From: an uncultured Clostridia bacterium
GTDB taxonomy: Bacteria > Bacillota > Clostridia > TANB77 > CAG-508
Length of the DNA: 64,000 nucleotides
Reading direction: 5' to 3'
NCBI GenBank assembly: GCA_949745595.1
Contig: CATJWN010000070.1
Location: forward strand, 54,092-118,091
The notes beneath the pieces were generated by a model that was given only the letters and a program-made list of their open reading frames with translations, did no database searches and was not told the DNA's origin. Of the stretch, positions 12,065 to 22,902 are shown piece after piece; the first letter of the stretch is position 1; each line of letters begins with the position of its first letter. The position numbers and the translations under genes were made by a program.

Positions 12065-12547
12065 GAATACTTGGTATAGATCCAGGCTTTGCAATAACAC
12101 GGATATAGTGTAATTGATTATACTGGAAATAAGTTTAAGTTAATAACTGCAGGAGCTGTGGAAACAAAGGCAAAAACGCCTTTTCCATATAGACTTTCAA
12201 AAATATATGACGATATAAATTCGATAATTAATGAATATAACCCTGAGGCTATGTCAATTGAAGAGTTATTTTTCAATAACAATATTAAAACAGGTATAAA
12301 TGTTGCACAAGCGAGGGGTATTGTACTTCTTTGTGGATATCAGCATCAAATCCCAATTTTTGAATATACTCCACTTCAAGTAAAGCAAGCGGTAGTAGGT
12401 TATGGACGAGCTGAGAAAAAGCAAGTACAAAAAATGGTACAATCTATACTAAAAGTAGATAAGATACCAAAACTAGATGATATTACTGATAGTATGGCGA
12501 TTGCTATATGTCATGCTCACTCTTCTAAATTCTCAGAGGCGTTATAA
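12061..12547 (+). CDS. ruvC: Holliday junction resolvase RuvC; +1 shift at CGG 12100-12102; 161 aa
   Basis: MRILGIDPGFAIT in frame 0, then G-YSVID in +1 joining ORF 12158-12547 (EELFF, AQARG, GYGRAEK, DDITD); ATGA overlap with upstream gene. Confidence 0.93.
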
Positions 12548-12577
12548 AAGTATAAATTAATAATATAAAAGGAAATT

Positions 12578-13156
12578 ATGGAGCTAAATAATATAAAAAC
12601 TAAATTTTTAGGAAAAGTAATTAAATATTTTGAGGTTTTGCCTTCAACACAAAGCTATGTTAAAGAGTTGGATAAGAATAATAAAATTGAAGAGGGCGAG
12701 ATTGTTTTTGCAGAAAGACAAACTGCTGGAATCGGTACACATTCGAGAAAATGGTATACAGGAAAAAAAGATAACTTAGCTTTTAGTTTTGTAATTTACC
12801 CAAATTGTAATATAAAAAAGTTAGATAATTTAACACTTATTATTGCTGAGAGTTTTATACAAGCAATTAGAGAGTTATATCTTATAACTCTTGAAATAAA
12901 AGTTCCAAATGATATAGTTTTTAAAAACAAAAAAATGGGTGGAATACTTACTGAAAGCATAACAGAAGGAGAGAAAACAAAAAAAGTTTTTATTGGAATT
13001 GGTTTTAATGTAAATGAAAATAATTTTCCAGGCAATTTAGGTGAAATAGCTACTTCATTAAAAAGAGAGTTTAAAGCAGATTTTTCTAGGGAAGATATAT
13101 TAGGCAAATTTTTAGAAATATTTGAAAAAAGATATTTAGAATTGATTGAAAGGTAA
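12578..13156 (+). CDS. birA: Biotin-[acetyl-CoA carboxylase] ligase, no HTH domain
   Basis: STQ, QTAGIG, KVPND, KMGGILTE, GIGFNV. Confidence 0.85.
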   Translation: MELNNIKTKFLGKVIKYFEVLPSTQSYVKELDKNNKIEEGEIVFAERQTAGIGTHSRKWYTGKKDNLAFSFVIYPNCNIKKLDNLTLIIAESFIQAIRELYLITLEIKVPNDIVFKNKKMGGILTESITEGEKTKKVFIGIGFNVNENNFPGNLGEIATSLKREFKADFSREDILGKFLEIFEKRYLELIER

Positions 13157-13160
13157 AGCA

Positions 13161-13883
13161 ATGATTGAAATTAAAAATGTTACGAAATCATATGTGAAAA
13201 ACAAAAAGACTATTGATAATTTGAATTTACAAATTAAAGACGGAGAAATCTTTGGATTTCTAGGACCAAATGGAGCAGGAAAGACAACTACTATAAAAAT
13301 GATTACTGGCATTTTAAAAATAGACGAAGGTGATATTTTGATAGATGGAAAATCTATTAAAGAAAGTCCAGTAGATGCTAAAATGAGTTTTGGGTTCGTG
13401 CCAGATTCTCCAGATATGTTTTTGAAGCTAAAAGGCATTGAATATCTTAATTTTATAGCAGATATATACAAGGTACCTGCTGAGGATAAAAAGGAAAGGA
13501 TAGAAGAACTTTCAAAGGAGTTTGAAATATATGAAAATTTGAATGAGCAAATTCAAAGTTATTCACATGGAATGAGGCAGAAGATACTTATAATAGGTGT
13601 ATTGCTTCATGAACCTAAAAATTGGATTTTAGATGAGCCATTAACTGGTTTGGATCCAAAATCTGCTTATGATTTAAAAGAAATGATGAAGTCTCATAGT
13701 AAGAAGGGAAATACTGTATTTTTCTCAACACATGTTTTAGAAGTTGCTGAAAAATTGTGTGATAGAATAGGAATTATAAATCAAGGAAAATTGATCTTTG
13801 TTGGTACTTATGAAGAAATGAAAGAACAATTTAAAGGTAACAATTCTTTAGAAGAAATATTCCTAGAAATGACAGAGAAATAG
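13161..13883 (+). CDS. ABC transporter ATP-binding protein
   Basis: GPNGAGKTT, YSHGMRQK, LDEP. Confidence 0.92.
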   Translation: MIEIKNVTKSYVKNKKTIDNLNLQIKDGEIFGFLGPNGAGKTTTIKMITGILKIDEGDILIDGKSIKESPVDAKMSFGFVPDSPDMFLKLKGIEYLNFIADIYKVPAEDKKERIEELSKEFEIYENLNEQIQSYSHGMRQKILIIGVLLHEPKNWILDEPLTGLDPKSAYDLKEMMKSHSKKGNTVFFSTHVLEVAEKLCDRIGIINQGKLIFVGTYEEMKEQFKGNNSLEEIFLEMTEK

Positions 13884-13900
13884 AAAGGACTTTTTGACCA

Positions 13901-15529
13901 ATGAAAGAGACTTTAATACTAAGTAAGATATTATTAAAAAATTCATTAAATATAAATAACGGAAAATCAAAACTAAAAGCAACAGCTAAAAAACTACTTG
14001 TGTTTTTTGCTGTTGCTTATATTGCTTGTGTAATGGGTTTCTTAAGTGTAGAACTAATAAATACTTTAAAGACAGTAAATCAAACAGGCATATTTTTAAG
14101 TTTGTGTCTTATATTGACAGTTGCAGTTTCTTTAATTAGAAGTATTATTTCGTCATTACAACTATTGTATTTTTCAAAGGATATAGAATATTTGTTGCCG
14201 CTTCCAATTTCAGCTTTAAAAATTGTTTTAGCAAAATTTAATGTAATTATAATATCTAGTTATGTTTTAGAAATTTTTACACTTGCTATTCCTTTAATAA
14301 TTTATGGAATATATATGATGCAAGAAGTTCATTTTTTTATAATGACAGGTATAGTGTTTATGTTTTTACCAATAATACCAACTATCTTAAGTGCTTTAAT
14401 ATCAATAGTTTTAATGAGATTTACAAATATATTTAAAAACAAGGATACTGTTCAATATATAACAGTAATAATGGCTTTTGTTTTAGTTATAGTAATGCAA
14501 TTTTATATTATGAATAATTCAGAAATGACAGAGTTTATGTTTGCAAACAAACTATTAGAAGTAGATGGAATTGCGAAAGAGCTTTCAAATTATGTAATAA
14601 TAGTAAAACAAGCTTTTATTTCACTTACTGAATTTGAAGGATTAGAATATGTTAAAAATGCTATCCTTTTAGTAGGAGAAAGCATTACGGTGTATTTATT
14701 AACGGGACTACTCACAGCAAAAACCTATATCAAAAGTGCAACCAATATTACTTCTGTTAAAAGGGTAAAAAATGCAAAACTTAATATTTCAAAAAGGAGT
14801 ATAGCAAGATCGTATATAGATAAAGAAGTAAAAATGCTATTTAGAACACCTGCATTTTTCTTAAATACAGTTTTGCCGATTTTTATTTTACCTGTGCTAT
14901 TAGTACTACCATTTATAGATGTTGACATGGCAAGTGCAGAAGATATATCAATTGCTATTAAAATAATTTCAGAAAACTTACAAAATACTATGGGACTTGC
15001 AATTATTTTATGTATAATGCTTTTTCTCTATATATTTAATTATATTTCAGTTACTAGTATTTCTAGAGAAGGCGAAAATGCAATTATTATGAAGTATCTG
15101 CCAATTGATCTTAACAAGCAATGTAGATATAAAGCAGTGCCAGGTTTCTTGTTAAATTTATTTCCGATTTTGCTTGTGACAATAGGTATTAAATTTATTT
15201 TTTCAGTAAATAATATTTTTATATTAGAAATATTACTAATAGGTTTAATTTTAAATGTGTTTATAAATTATTGTGGTGTTCTTATAGATATTATAAATCC
15301 AAAATTACATTGGACTACGGAGTATTCAGTAGTTAAGCAAAATATTAATATGCTATGGTATATGCTATTTATGATAGCTTTGGGATTTGCTATATTTGCT
15401 ATTTGCTCATGCTTTGATAATATCCATATAGTTACTATGCTTTTAATTGCAATTTTAGCAATTACAATAGCATTTTTAGATAATTTTGTTAAACAATATA
15501 ATATAAACCTATTTAAAAAGATTAGTTAG
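13901..15529 (+). CDS. ABC transporter permease
   Basis: Many TM segments, SISREG motif, adjacent to ATPase. Confidence 0.8.
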   Translation: MKETLILSKILLKNSLNINNGKSKLKATAKKLLVFFAVAYIACVMGFLSVELINTLKTVNQTGIFLSLCLILTVAVSLIRSIISSLQLLYFSKDIEYLLPLPISALKIVLAKFNVIIISSYVLEIFTLAIPLIIYGIYMMQEVHFFIMTGIVFMFLPIIPTILSALISIVLMRFTNIFKNKDTVQYITVIMAFVLVIVMQFYIMNNSEMTEFMFANKLLEVDGIAKELSNYVIIVKQAFISLTEFEGLEYVKNAILLVGESITVYLLTGLLTAKTYIKSATNITSVKRVKNAKLNISKRSIARSYIDKEVKMLFRTPAFFLNTVLPIFILPVLLVLPFIDVDMASAEDISIAIKIISENLQNTMGLAIILCIMLFLYIFNYISVTSISREGENAIIMKYLPIDLNKQCRYKAVPGFLLNLFPILLVTIGIKFIFSVNNIFILEILLIGLILNVFINYCGVLIDIINPKLHWTTEYSVVKQNINMLWYMLFMIALGFAIFAICSCFDNIHIVTMLLIAILAITIAFLDNFVKQYNINLFKKIS

Positions 15530-15534
15530 AAGGG

Positions 15535-16341
15535 ATGTTTATGAAAACTACAGAAACATTAAAACTTATTGAAGAAATTTGTAAAGAAAAGGAAATTGAT
15601 GTAAAGGTGCTTTCTTTTGGGTGGGTAAGAGCGCTTACAAAGAATGGAAAAATTCGTTATATAGTAGACGAAGCTTTTGATTTAAATCCAGCAGGAAGTT
15701 TTCTTATTGTAAATGACAAGTATGCAACTTATGAGGTTTTAAAAAATAATAATGTAAGAGTTTTAAGGCATAGAGCGCTATTTAATAAAGAAGGAAGAGA
15801 AGAATATGCTAAAGATATAGAGCAAGAAGTGGAAAAAGCTATAGAAGAATATGGAGAAAAATTAGTAATTAAAGCTAATGATTCTTCAGAAGGAAGAGAT
15901 GTATTTCTAGCAGAGACAAAAGAGCAAGCGATAAATGCTATAAAAGATATTTTTAGCAGACATTTTTTGAATTTAAGTATTTGTCCTTTTGAAGAAATAG
16001 AAGCTGAGTATAGAGTAATTTGCTTAGATGGTGAGATTTTATGTTGTTATAAAAAGATTGCTGCTAATTGGAAACACAATTTATCAAGAGGTGCTAGAAT
16101 TGTAACAGATATAGAAAACGATGAAAAAATTGACGAAATAAAGGCACTTGCTTTAAATGCTTTTAAAGCAGTTGATGCTAGATTTGTAAGTGTGGATGTT
16201 TCAAAAAAGGCAAATGGCGAAATTTTTATAATGGAAATAAATGGTAGTGTTTGTATGAATAAATTTATCACAGATGCACCAAATGGCAAGGAAATTGCAA
16301 GAAAAATATATGGAAAAGCTATCGACAAAATGTTTGAGTAA
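15535..16341 (+). CDS. RimK-like ATP-grasp protein
   Basis: VNDKY, VIKAN..GRDV, EYRV, HNLSRGA, VDV, MEING. Confidence 0.75.
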   Translation: MFMKTTETLKLIEEICKEKEIDVKVLSFGWVRALTKNGKIRYIVDEAFDLNPAGSFLIVNDKYATYEVLKNNNVRVLRHRALFNKEGREEYAKDIEQEVEKAIEEYGEKLVIKANDSSEGRDVFLAETKEQAINAIKDIFSRHFLNLSICPFEEIEAEYRVICLDGEILCCYKKIAANWKHNLSRGARIVTDIENDEKIDEIKALALNAFKAVDARFVSVDVSKKANGEIFIMEINGSVCMNKFITDAPNGKEIARKIYGKAIDKMFE

Positions 16342-16344
16342 TAG

Positions 16345-16373
16345 TTGATTTATTAGGTAAAATAATGTATAAT
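16345..16373 (+). promoter_or_regulatory. Sigma-A-type promoter of purD-purN-purF
   Basis: TTGATT-N17-TATAAT. Confidence 0.55.
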
Positions 16374-16410
16374 TTTGTATGTAGTTAATAAAACAAGGAG
16401 GAACTTTATT

Positions 16411-17712
16411 TTGGAAAAATGTTTGTTGTTAGGTAATGGTGGTAGAGAAGCTGTTATTGCAGAAAATATTGCAAAAACTTACAGCTTATATTCAGTGTTA
16501 CCATATGAAAATCCATCTATAGTAGAATATGTAGAAAAATCAAATGGAAAATATATTATTGGTTCTCCATTTGATAAAGAATTAGTTAAAAAATTTATTG
16601 AAGAAGAAAATATTGAAGTTTGTGTAATAAGTAGTGATAATTTATTGCAAGATGGTTTGATTGACTTAGCAAGAAGTTTGGGACTTAAAACATTTGGACC
16701 AACAAGCAAGGCAGCAAAACTTGAGTGGAGCAAAACTTATGCATTAGATATCGTTCAAAAATTAGCACCAGAAATGGTTATTAAAAATTTTGATATTTCA
16801 AGTGTAGAAGAATTAGATAAAGCTGTCGAAAATTATTTAGATGAAAACTTTGTTGTAAAACCAGAAGGATTAACTGGTGGCAAAGGGGTTAAAGTAGGTG
16901 GAGAACATTTTAGTACAAAACAAGAAGGATATGACTATGCTAAAGAATGCTTAGAAGGCAGTGGCAAAGTTATAGTACAAGATAAAGTAAAAGGTTCTGA
17001 GTTTACAGTTATGGTATTAACAGATGGAAAAAATGTAGTACCACTTCCAATTACTTTTGATTATCCATATAGATATGAAGAAGATAAAGGACCTGGTACT
17101 GGTGGAATGGGATGTATGAGTTTTTCAAACGGTTTACTTCCTTTCTTAGAGCAAGCAGATGTTGATAAATGTGTTGATTTAATACAAAAAACTATTAATT
17201 ACGTAAATAGAGAAAGTACTGAATTTACAGGAGTTTTATATGGTGGCTTCTTTAAAACAGAAGATGGCATTAAATTTATTGAATTTAATGCACGTTTTGG
17301 AGATCCAGAAGCAATGAATGTATTAAACAGTCTTGAAACACCTTGGAATGAAGTTATGGAAAATATCTTTAAACAAAATTTAAGCAAAGAAAATTGTAAA
17401 TTCAAAAAGACAAATACATTTTTAGTATACATAGTTAGCAAAGATTATGCAGTTAAGAAAAACAATGAGCCAGTTATTTTCAAATTAAATAAACAAAATA
17501 TTGAAAATAAAGGTGTTAAAATTTACTTTGCCAATGCAAAAGAGATAGGACAAAATGAATATACATCTGTAAGTAATTCAAGACTATTTGCACTTGAGAA
17601 AACAGGAGAAGATTTAGTTGAAATAAAAAAAGCTGTTTATAGAGTAATAGAAGAAGAAGTAGATACAATTTTAGATTATAGAAAAGATATAGGAGAAATT
17701 TATGAGCATTAA
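16411..17712 (+). CDS. purD: Phosphoribosylamine-glycine ligase
   Basis: GNGGRE, LEWSK, GGKGV, GPGTGGMG, EFNARFGDPE; TTG start after AGGAGG. Confidence 0.92.
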   Translation: MEKCLLLGNGGREAVIAENIAKTYSLYSVLPYENPSIVEYVEKSNGKYIIGSPFDKELVKKFIEEENIEVCVISSDNLLQDGLIDLARSLGLKTFGPTSKAAKLEWSKTYALDIVQKLAPEMVIKNFDISSVEELDKAVENYLDENFVVKPEGLTGGKGVKVGGEHFSTKQEGYDYAKECLEGSGKVIVQDKVKGSEFTVMVLTDGKNVVPLPITFDYPYRYEEDKGPGTGGMGCMSFSNGLLPFLEQADVDKCVDLIQKTINYVNRESTEFTGVLYGGFFKTEDGIKFIEFNARFGDPEAMNVLNSLETPWNEVMENIFKQNLSKENCKFKKTNTFLVYIVSKDYAVKKNNEPVIFKLNKQNIENKGVKIYFANAKEIGQNEYTSVSNSRLFALEKTGEDLVEIKKAVYRVIEEEVDTILDYRKDIGEIYEH

Positions 17713-18277
17713 TTTAGCAGTTTTTGCTTCAGGAAGTGGCACAACACTTCAAGCTATTATTGATAGTATAGAAACTGGAAAATTAGATGCTAAAATTACC
17801 ATAGTAGTTTCTAATAATCCAGGAGCATATGCATTAGAACGTGCGAGAAAAGCTAATATATCTACTTATGTTATTACTTCTAAAGGAATAGAGAATATTG
17901 ATAGTGAGCTTTCTGAAGTTTTAAAAGATTATGAAATAGATTTAATAGTGTTAGCTGGTTACCTAAGAAAAATAGGTGATAAGCTACTCGAAAAATATAG
18001 GATAATAAATACACATCCATCTTTACTTCCAAAGTTTGGAGGGAAAGGAATGCATGGAATGCATGTACATCAAGCAGTAATAGATGCTAAAGAAAGTGAA
18101 AGTGGTGTAACAGTTCATTTTGTAAATGGTGAGTATGATAGTGGAAGTATTATAAGACAGACGACGGTTCCGGTATTAGAAACAGATGATGCAGAAAGTT
18201 TATCAGCAAAAGTTCAAAAAGCAGAGAAAATTCAATTAATAGAAGTTTTAAACAATTTTTCAAAAGGAGTAATTTAA
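17702..18277 (+). CDS. purN: Phosphoribosylglycinamide formyltransferase
   Basis: ASGSGTT, NTHPSLLP, GVTVHFV. Confidence 0.95.
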   Translation: MSINLAVFASGSGTTLQAIIDSIETGKLDAKITIVVSNNPGAYALERARKANISTYVITSKGIENIDSELSEVLKDYEIDLIVLAGYLRKIGDKLLEKYRIINTHPSLLPKFGGKGMHGMHVHQAVIDAKESESGVTVHFVNGEYDSGSIIRQTTVPVLETDDAESLSAKVQKAEKIQLIEVLNNFSKGVI

Positions 18278-18282
18278 AAGGT

Positions 18283-19702
18283 ATGTTTAGTAAAATTAAA
18301 GAGGAATGTGGAATTTTTGGAATTTATGCTATGGAGAATGAGGAAGAGCTAGCACCAACGATTGGTATTGGTTTATCTTGTTTACAACATAGAGGAGAAG
18401 AAAGTTGTGGTATTGCAATTAATGATGGAGGACTTGTTACTTGTGAAAAGGATTTAGGTTTAGTATCAGATGTATTTACACCAGACAGACTTGCAAAATT
18501 ACCAACAGGAAAGATTGGCATAGGACATGTAAGATATTCTACTACTGGAGCACCAAAAAGGGAAAATGCACAGCCTATAGTAAAAAGATATGCTAAAGGA
18601 AATATATGTGTTGTACATAATGGAAATCTTACAAATACAGAAGAACTTAGAAATGAATTAGAAGAGCATGGTGCTATATTTAATTCTACAAGTGATACAG
18701 AAGTTATTTGTTCTATTATAGCTAGAGAAAGAGTAAAAACAGGTTCAATAGAAGAAGCTGTCAAGAATGCTACAAAATATTTAAAAGGAGCTTATTCGCT
18801 TTTAGTAATGAGTTCAAGAAAATTAGTTGCTGTTCGTGATCCTTATGGTTTTAGACCATTATGTATGGGAAGAATGGGAGACGATTATGTTTTTGCCTCT
18901 GAGAGTTGTGCTTTAGATGTAGCAGGAGCGACTTTTGAAAGAGACATCAAACCACGGAGAAATTGTTACATTATATAAAAATGAGATCAAAACAGAAAGT
19001 TTTAGAAAAGACGAAAAAGACGGATTATGTATATTTGAATATGTATATTTTTCAAGACCAGATTCAAATATAGATGGAATGAACGTACATAAATTTAGAG
19101 AGCTTGCAGGTAAATATTTAGCAGAACAAGCCCCAGTAGAAGCCGATTTCGTTGCAGGTGTTCCAGATTCAGGGCTAGATGCTGCACTTGGATATTCAAA
19201 ATATTCAAAAATACCTTATGATTTAGCTTTTGTAAAAAATAAATATATTGGTAGAACTTTTATACAATCTACTCAAACTAAAAGAAGAAATCAAGTTGCA
19301 TTAAAATTAAACCCAATACCATCAACTGTTAAAGATAAGAGAATTATTTTAGTAGACGACTCAATAGTAAGGGGAACAACAATTACAAGAATAATAAAAG
19401 TATTAAGACGCGCAGGAGCAAAAGAAATACATCTAAGAGTTGCTTCACCAGCATTTTTAGGAATATGTTATTTTGGAACAGATGTAACAGATAAAAATGG
19501 TTTAATTGCTACTAAAAAATCAGTAGAAGAAATTAGGCAAGAGATTGGAGCGGATTCTTTAGAGTATTTAAGTTTAGAAAACTTAAGAAAAATTGCAGAA
19601 GGTTCAAATATGAAAGGCTTTTGTGAAGGATGCTTTACTAGCAAATATCCAATAGAAGTTCCAGACGAAATTCATAAAGACAAATTTGAAAAAATATTCT
19701 AA
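18283..19702 (+). CDS. purF: Amidophosphoribosyltransferase; +1 shift at CGG 18955-18957; 472 aa
   Basis: EECGIFG...RDIKP, then G-EIV...CIFEYVYFSRPDS and VDDSIVRGTT in +1 frame. Confidence 0.93.
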
Positions 19703-19744
19703 AATAACAACATACTAAATATACTGTATTTAGTGAGGTATAGT

Positions 19745-20873
19745 ATGTTTAATGTAGCAGTTATAAACTTAAAAAGTTTAATAAAACATATAGTAAAAAT
19801 AATCATTGCAGTAATTATTATTGCAATGATTTTTAATTTATTTATAAGGAAATCTTATATAGATAGTTATAGTTTTCATATAGCTTGCATAAATTTGATT
19901 TCTAGTAATCTAGCAGTTTCATGTGTATATGAGGAAGAAAATGAAGGAGTAAGTTTAGGAACACTTTTAGGACATGAACTTGTAATTTTTGGAAGCCAAG
20001 GGGTATTTGCGTTTGAAGATACAAACTCAAAAGAAGTGGTAGAAGCAGAAAAGAATGACGAAGAAGTGCCTCAGGAAGAAATAGTAGAAAATACTCCAGA
20101 AGATATTCATACACTTACTACACAGGTAATTGAAGAAAATAATAAAGTAGATAAATTTACTAATACTTATGGAAGCGTAAAAATTAGAAATGAGAGTAAA
20201 TATGAGCTAACAGAAGATATGATAAGACCTACAGTAGATTTCAATAATAAAAAAGATATTATTATTTTCCATACACATACTTGTGAAAGTTATACGTCAA
20301 CAGAAAAATATAATTATGTATCAACAGGAAATTTTAGAACTACAGACCTAAATTTTTCAGTTGCGCATGTCGGAGAAGTTCTTAATCAAAGACTTACTGA
20401 AAGAGGATATAATGTGACACATGACCAGACTTATCATGACTATCCAGCCTACACTGGTTCTTATAATCGTTCTTATGCAACTGTTGACAAACTAATATCA
20501 GGAGATGTATGGACAGAATTTGTTATAGATTTACATAGAGATGCAATGGGAAATAGTAGCGAATACGCACCAGCAGTTAGAATAGGAGATGAGGTTGGAG
20601 CACAGCTAATGTTCGTTATGGGAACAGATGGTGGAGGATTAGAACACCCAAACTGGCTTAATAATTTTAAACTAGCAGTTAAGATACAAGAAAAAGCAAA
20701 TGAACTTTATCCTCGGATTATTTAAGCCAATTATCTTAAGAAATTCAAGATATAATCAGAACTTAGCAAGTGGAGCTTGTATAATAGAAGTAGGTGCAAC
20801 AGGAAATACACTTGAACAGTGTGAAGTAAGCATGAAGTACTTAGCAAATGTTATAGCAGAAGTAATGAAATAA
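19745..20873 (+). CDS. spoIIP: Stage II sporulation protein P; +1 shift at CGG 20714-20716; 375 aa
   Basis: HTHTCESY and IDLHRD, then YP-G-LFKPI..RYNQ..IIEVG..NTLE in +1 frame to TAA 20873. Confidence 0.9.
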
Positions 20874-20876
20874 AAA

Positions 20877-20903
20877 AGCTCTTGCAGATTCTTTGCAAGA
20901 GCT
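20877..20903. terminator. Bidirectional terminator between convergent genes
   Basis: AGCTCTTGCA-gattctt-TGCAAGAGCT. Confidence 0.75.
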
Positions 20904-20917
20904 AAAATATTTATATA

Positions 20918-22483
20918 TTATCTTTCATCACGTTCTATAGCTTGTGAGTCAATAGTAATTTGCTGTGTACCATTTGCTCTGTTATTAAAACTTTGAGCAA
21001 ATTTAGCAGAGTTTTGTCCATAAACATATACTGCATATGTATCTTCAGATTTGCCATCTGTACCATAATAGAAATAGTCTTTTATGGTACTTGCTAAACC
21101 ATCAGTTTCTCCAAGAGCTTTTGAAAGTTCAGGATCTTGAAGATTGTAACTATCTGATAAGATATATGCTGCTACACAAGCGCCTTCTGATAAAGAGCTT
21201 GTATCTCTGCCTTCTGCTTCTAATATTGCTCTACCATTTTGTACCATTTGTTGATTATACATATAACCGCCACCAGAAACAGTAGGTTCAAGAACTTTAC
21301 CACTTCTTACAGGGTTCCCTTGACTATCTACAATTGCAATACTTTTAGAATCATCATATTTATCTATAATACAAGTTAGGCCAGATGTATATTCAGTATA
21401 TGAAACACCAAGTGCATCAAGAGCTTCTCTTAAATATGTAGGATTTGAAGCAGAGTTACTTTGTGTTGATATACGATAAGTAACACCATCTTTTTCAACT
21501 TCTAATATTCTTGCATTATTGCTAACAGAAATATTGTTTTGTCCATAACCAGATAAATCTATATCTTTACCAGTATTATACTTATAAACTTCTGCAGTTT
21601 TCTGGAAGAAATCTTCACAAGCAGTTTTATAAGAATTTATATTAATGCTATTTGAAAAAATTCCATCTTGAGAAACTTCAGGTGCTTGTTCAGGAGATAA
21701 AGCAACAACAGAAGAAGGAGATACTTCAGTAATACCAGTATGTGGGTTAATATCACCTTGTACTAAATCAGCATCTGCTCTTTTTAATCCAAAACCACCT
21801 GCAATTAATACTGCAGAAAGTGTTGTAGCAGCAACAAGTGCTGCACCAGCATGTATAAATTTTCCATTAAGATCTTTAGACAAACTAATATAAGGTGCAT
21901 TAACATCAAAAGCCTGATCGGTTTTTTCAAGAAAAACTTTATTTGCAAGGTCATTCCTTTGGGCAAGGTCCTTAGCTGCAGTTTTATATCCTAAACTTAA
22001 AAACATAGGAGAATGTTTTTTCATATCACTAACAAAGCGTTGAAATATTCTTGTGTGATCTTTACTATTTATAAATTTGTTAAAATCATCAAAAGATACT
22101 TTTTCTTTAGCAAGAAGTTCATTTAAAGCTTGGTAATCTGCTAAAGTACTTTGCATACGATTAGTTTTTCTTAAGGTGCTCATATAGCTATTAACTTCAG
22201 GTAATTCTTCAGTAGATGGATTATATTGCTCATATTCTGATAATGGAACACCAATTAAATCTTTCGTTTCTGGATTTACAATTTCTGCTTCGCCAGCTAA
22301 AGCCAATCGTCTATTTAATTCATGTGTTAGCATAGTTTTTAAATGTGGATAATGCTCGATTAATCTTTTTTGAGAGTATGTAAGTTTAGCTATTTCTTCA
22401 GTTAATTGAATAACTCTAACTTGTGAACAAGAACGCATTAATTTTAAATTTTTTTCTAATTTTTTCCCTGGTACTAATTTCAT
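20918..22483 (-). CDS. Hypothetical protein with one central TM segment
   Basis: Long ORF, GAGGAG RBS before ATG 22483; no family recognised. Confidence 0.7.
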   Translation of the reverse strand: MKLVPGKKLEKNLKLMRSCSQVRVIQLTEEIAKLTYSQKRLIEHYPHLKTMLTHELNRRLALAGEAEIVNPETKDLIGVPLSEYEQYNPSTEELPEVNSYMSTLRKTNRMQSTLADYQALNELLAKEKVSFDDFNKFINSKDHTRIFQRFVSDMKKHSPMFLSLGYKTAAKDLAQRNDLANKVFLEKTDQAFDVNAPYISLSKDLNGKFIHAGAALVAATTLSAVLIAGGFGLKRADADLVQGDINPHTGITEVSPSSVVALSPEQAPEVSQDGIFSNSININSYKTACEDFFQKTAEVYKYNTGKDIDLSGYGQNNISVSNNARILEVEKDGVTYRISTQSNSASNPTYLREALDALGVSYTEYTSGLTCIIDKYDDSKSIAIVDSQGNPVRSGKVLEPTVSGGGYMYNQQMVQNGRAILEAEGRDTSSLSEGACVAAYILSDSYNLQDPELSKALGETDGLASTIKDYFYYGTDGKSEDTYAVYVYGQNSAKFAQSFNNRANGTQQITIDSQAIERDER

Positions 22484-22599
22484 AATATCTCCTCTAAATT
22501 TCAAATAAATATACAATTTAATTATAATCTATTTATAAATTAAAAAGGGACATGTTACTTAAATGTAATATAAAAAATATATAAATGTTATGGAAAAAC

Positions 22600-22628
22600 T
22601 TGACATAATTCTAATAAAGTAGTATCAT
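22600..22628 (+). promoter_or_regulatory. Sigma-A promoter of thrS leader
   Basis: TTGACA-N17-TATCAT. Confidence 0.75.
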
Positions 22629-22637
22629 AAAAATGTA

Positions 22638-22858
22638 AGCTGTGAAGAGGAAAAGTAAAATATAGGTTACTTTTAGAGAGAATGTGCCTTAGGCTGAAAG
22701 CACATTTAAGAAAACATATTTGAAAACTACCTTGGAGCTTCTAGTTGAAAAATTAGCGTGGTAAGATTACGTTATAAATCTATTAAGAGTTAAATATTAG
22801 GGTGGAACCGTGAGATAAAACTTACCCCTATAAGCAATATGCTTATGGGGGCTTTTTG
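22638..22858 (+). promoter_or_regulatory. T-box riboswitch (Thr)
   Basis: GA motif, AGTA, AGAGA and GCTGA loops, GAAAACTACC specifier region, T-box AGGGTGGAACCGTG at about 22799-22812, terminator CCCCTATAAGC...GCTTATGGGGGCTTTTT. Confidence 0.92.
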
Positions 22859-22902
22859 TACCTATTTGCATATAAATTTAATTTTTAAGGAGGAACATAT
22901 TT

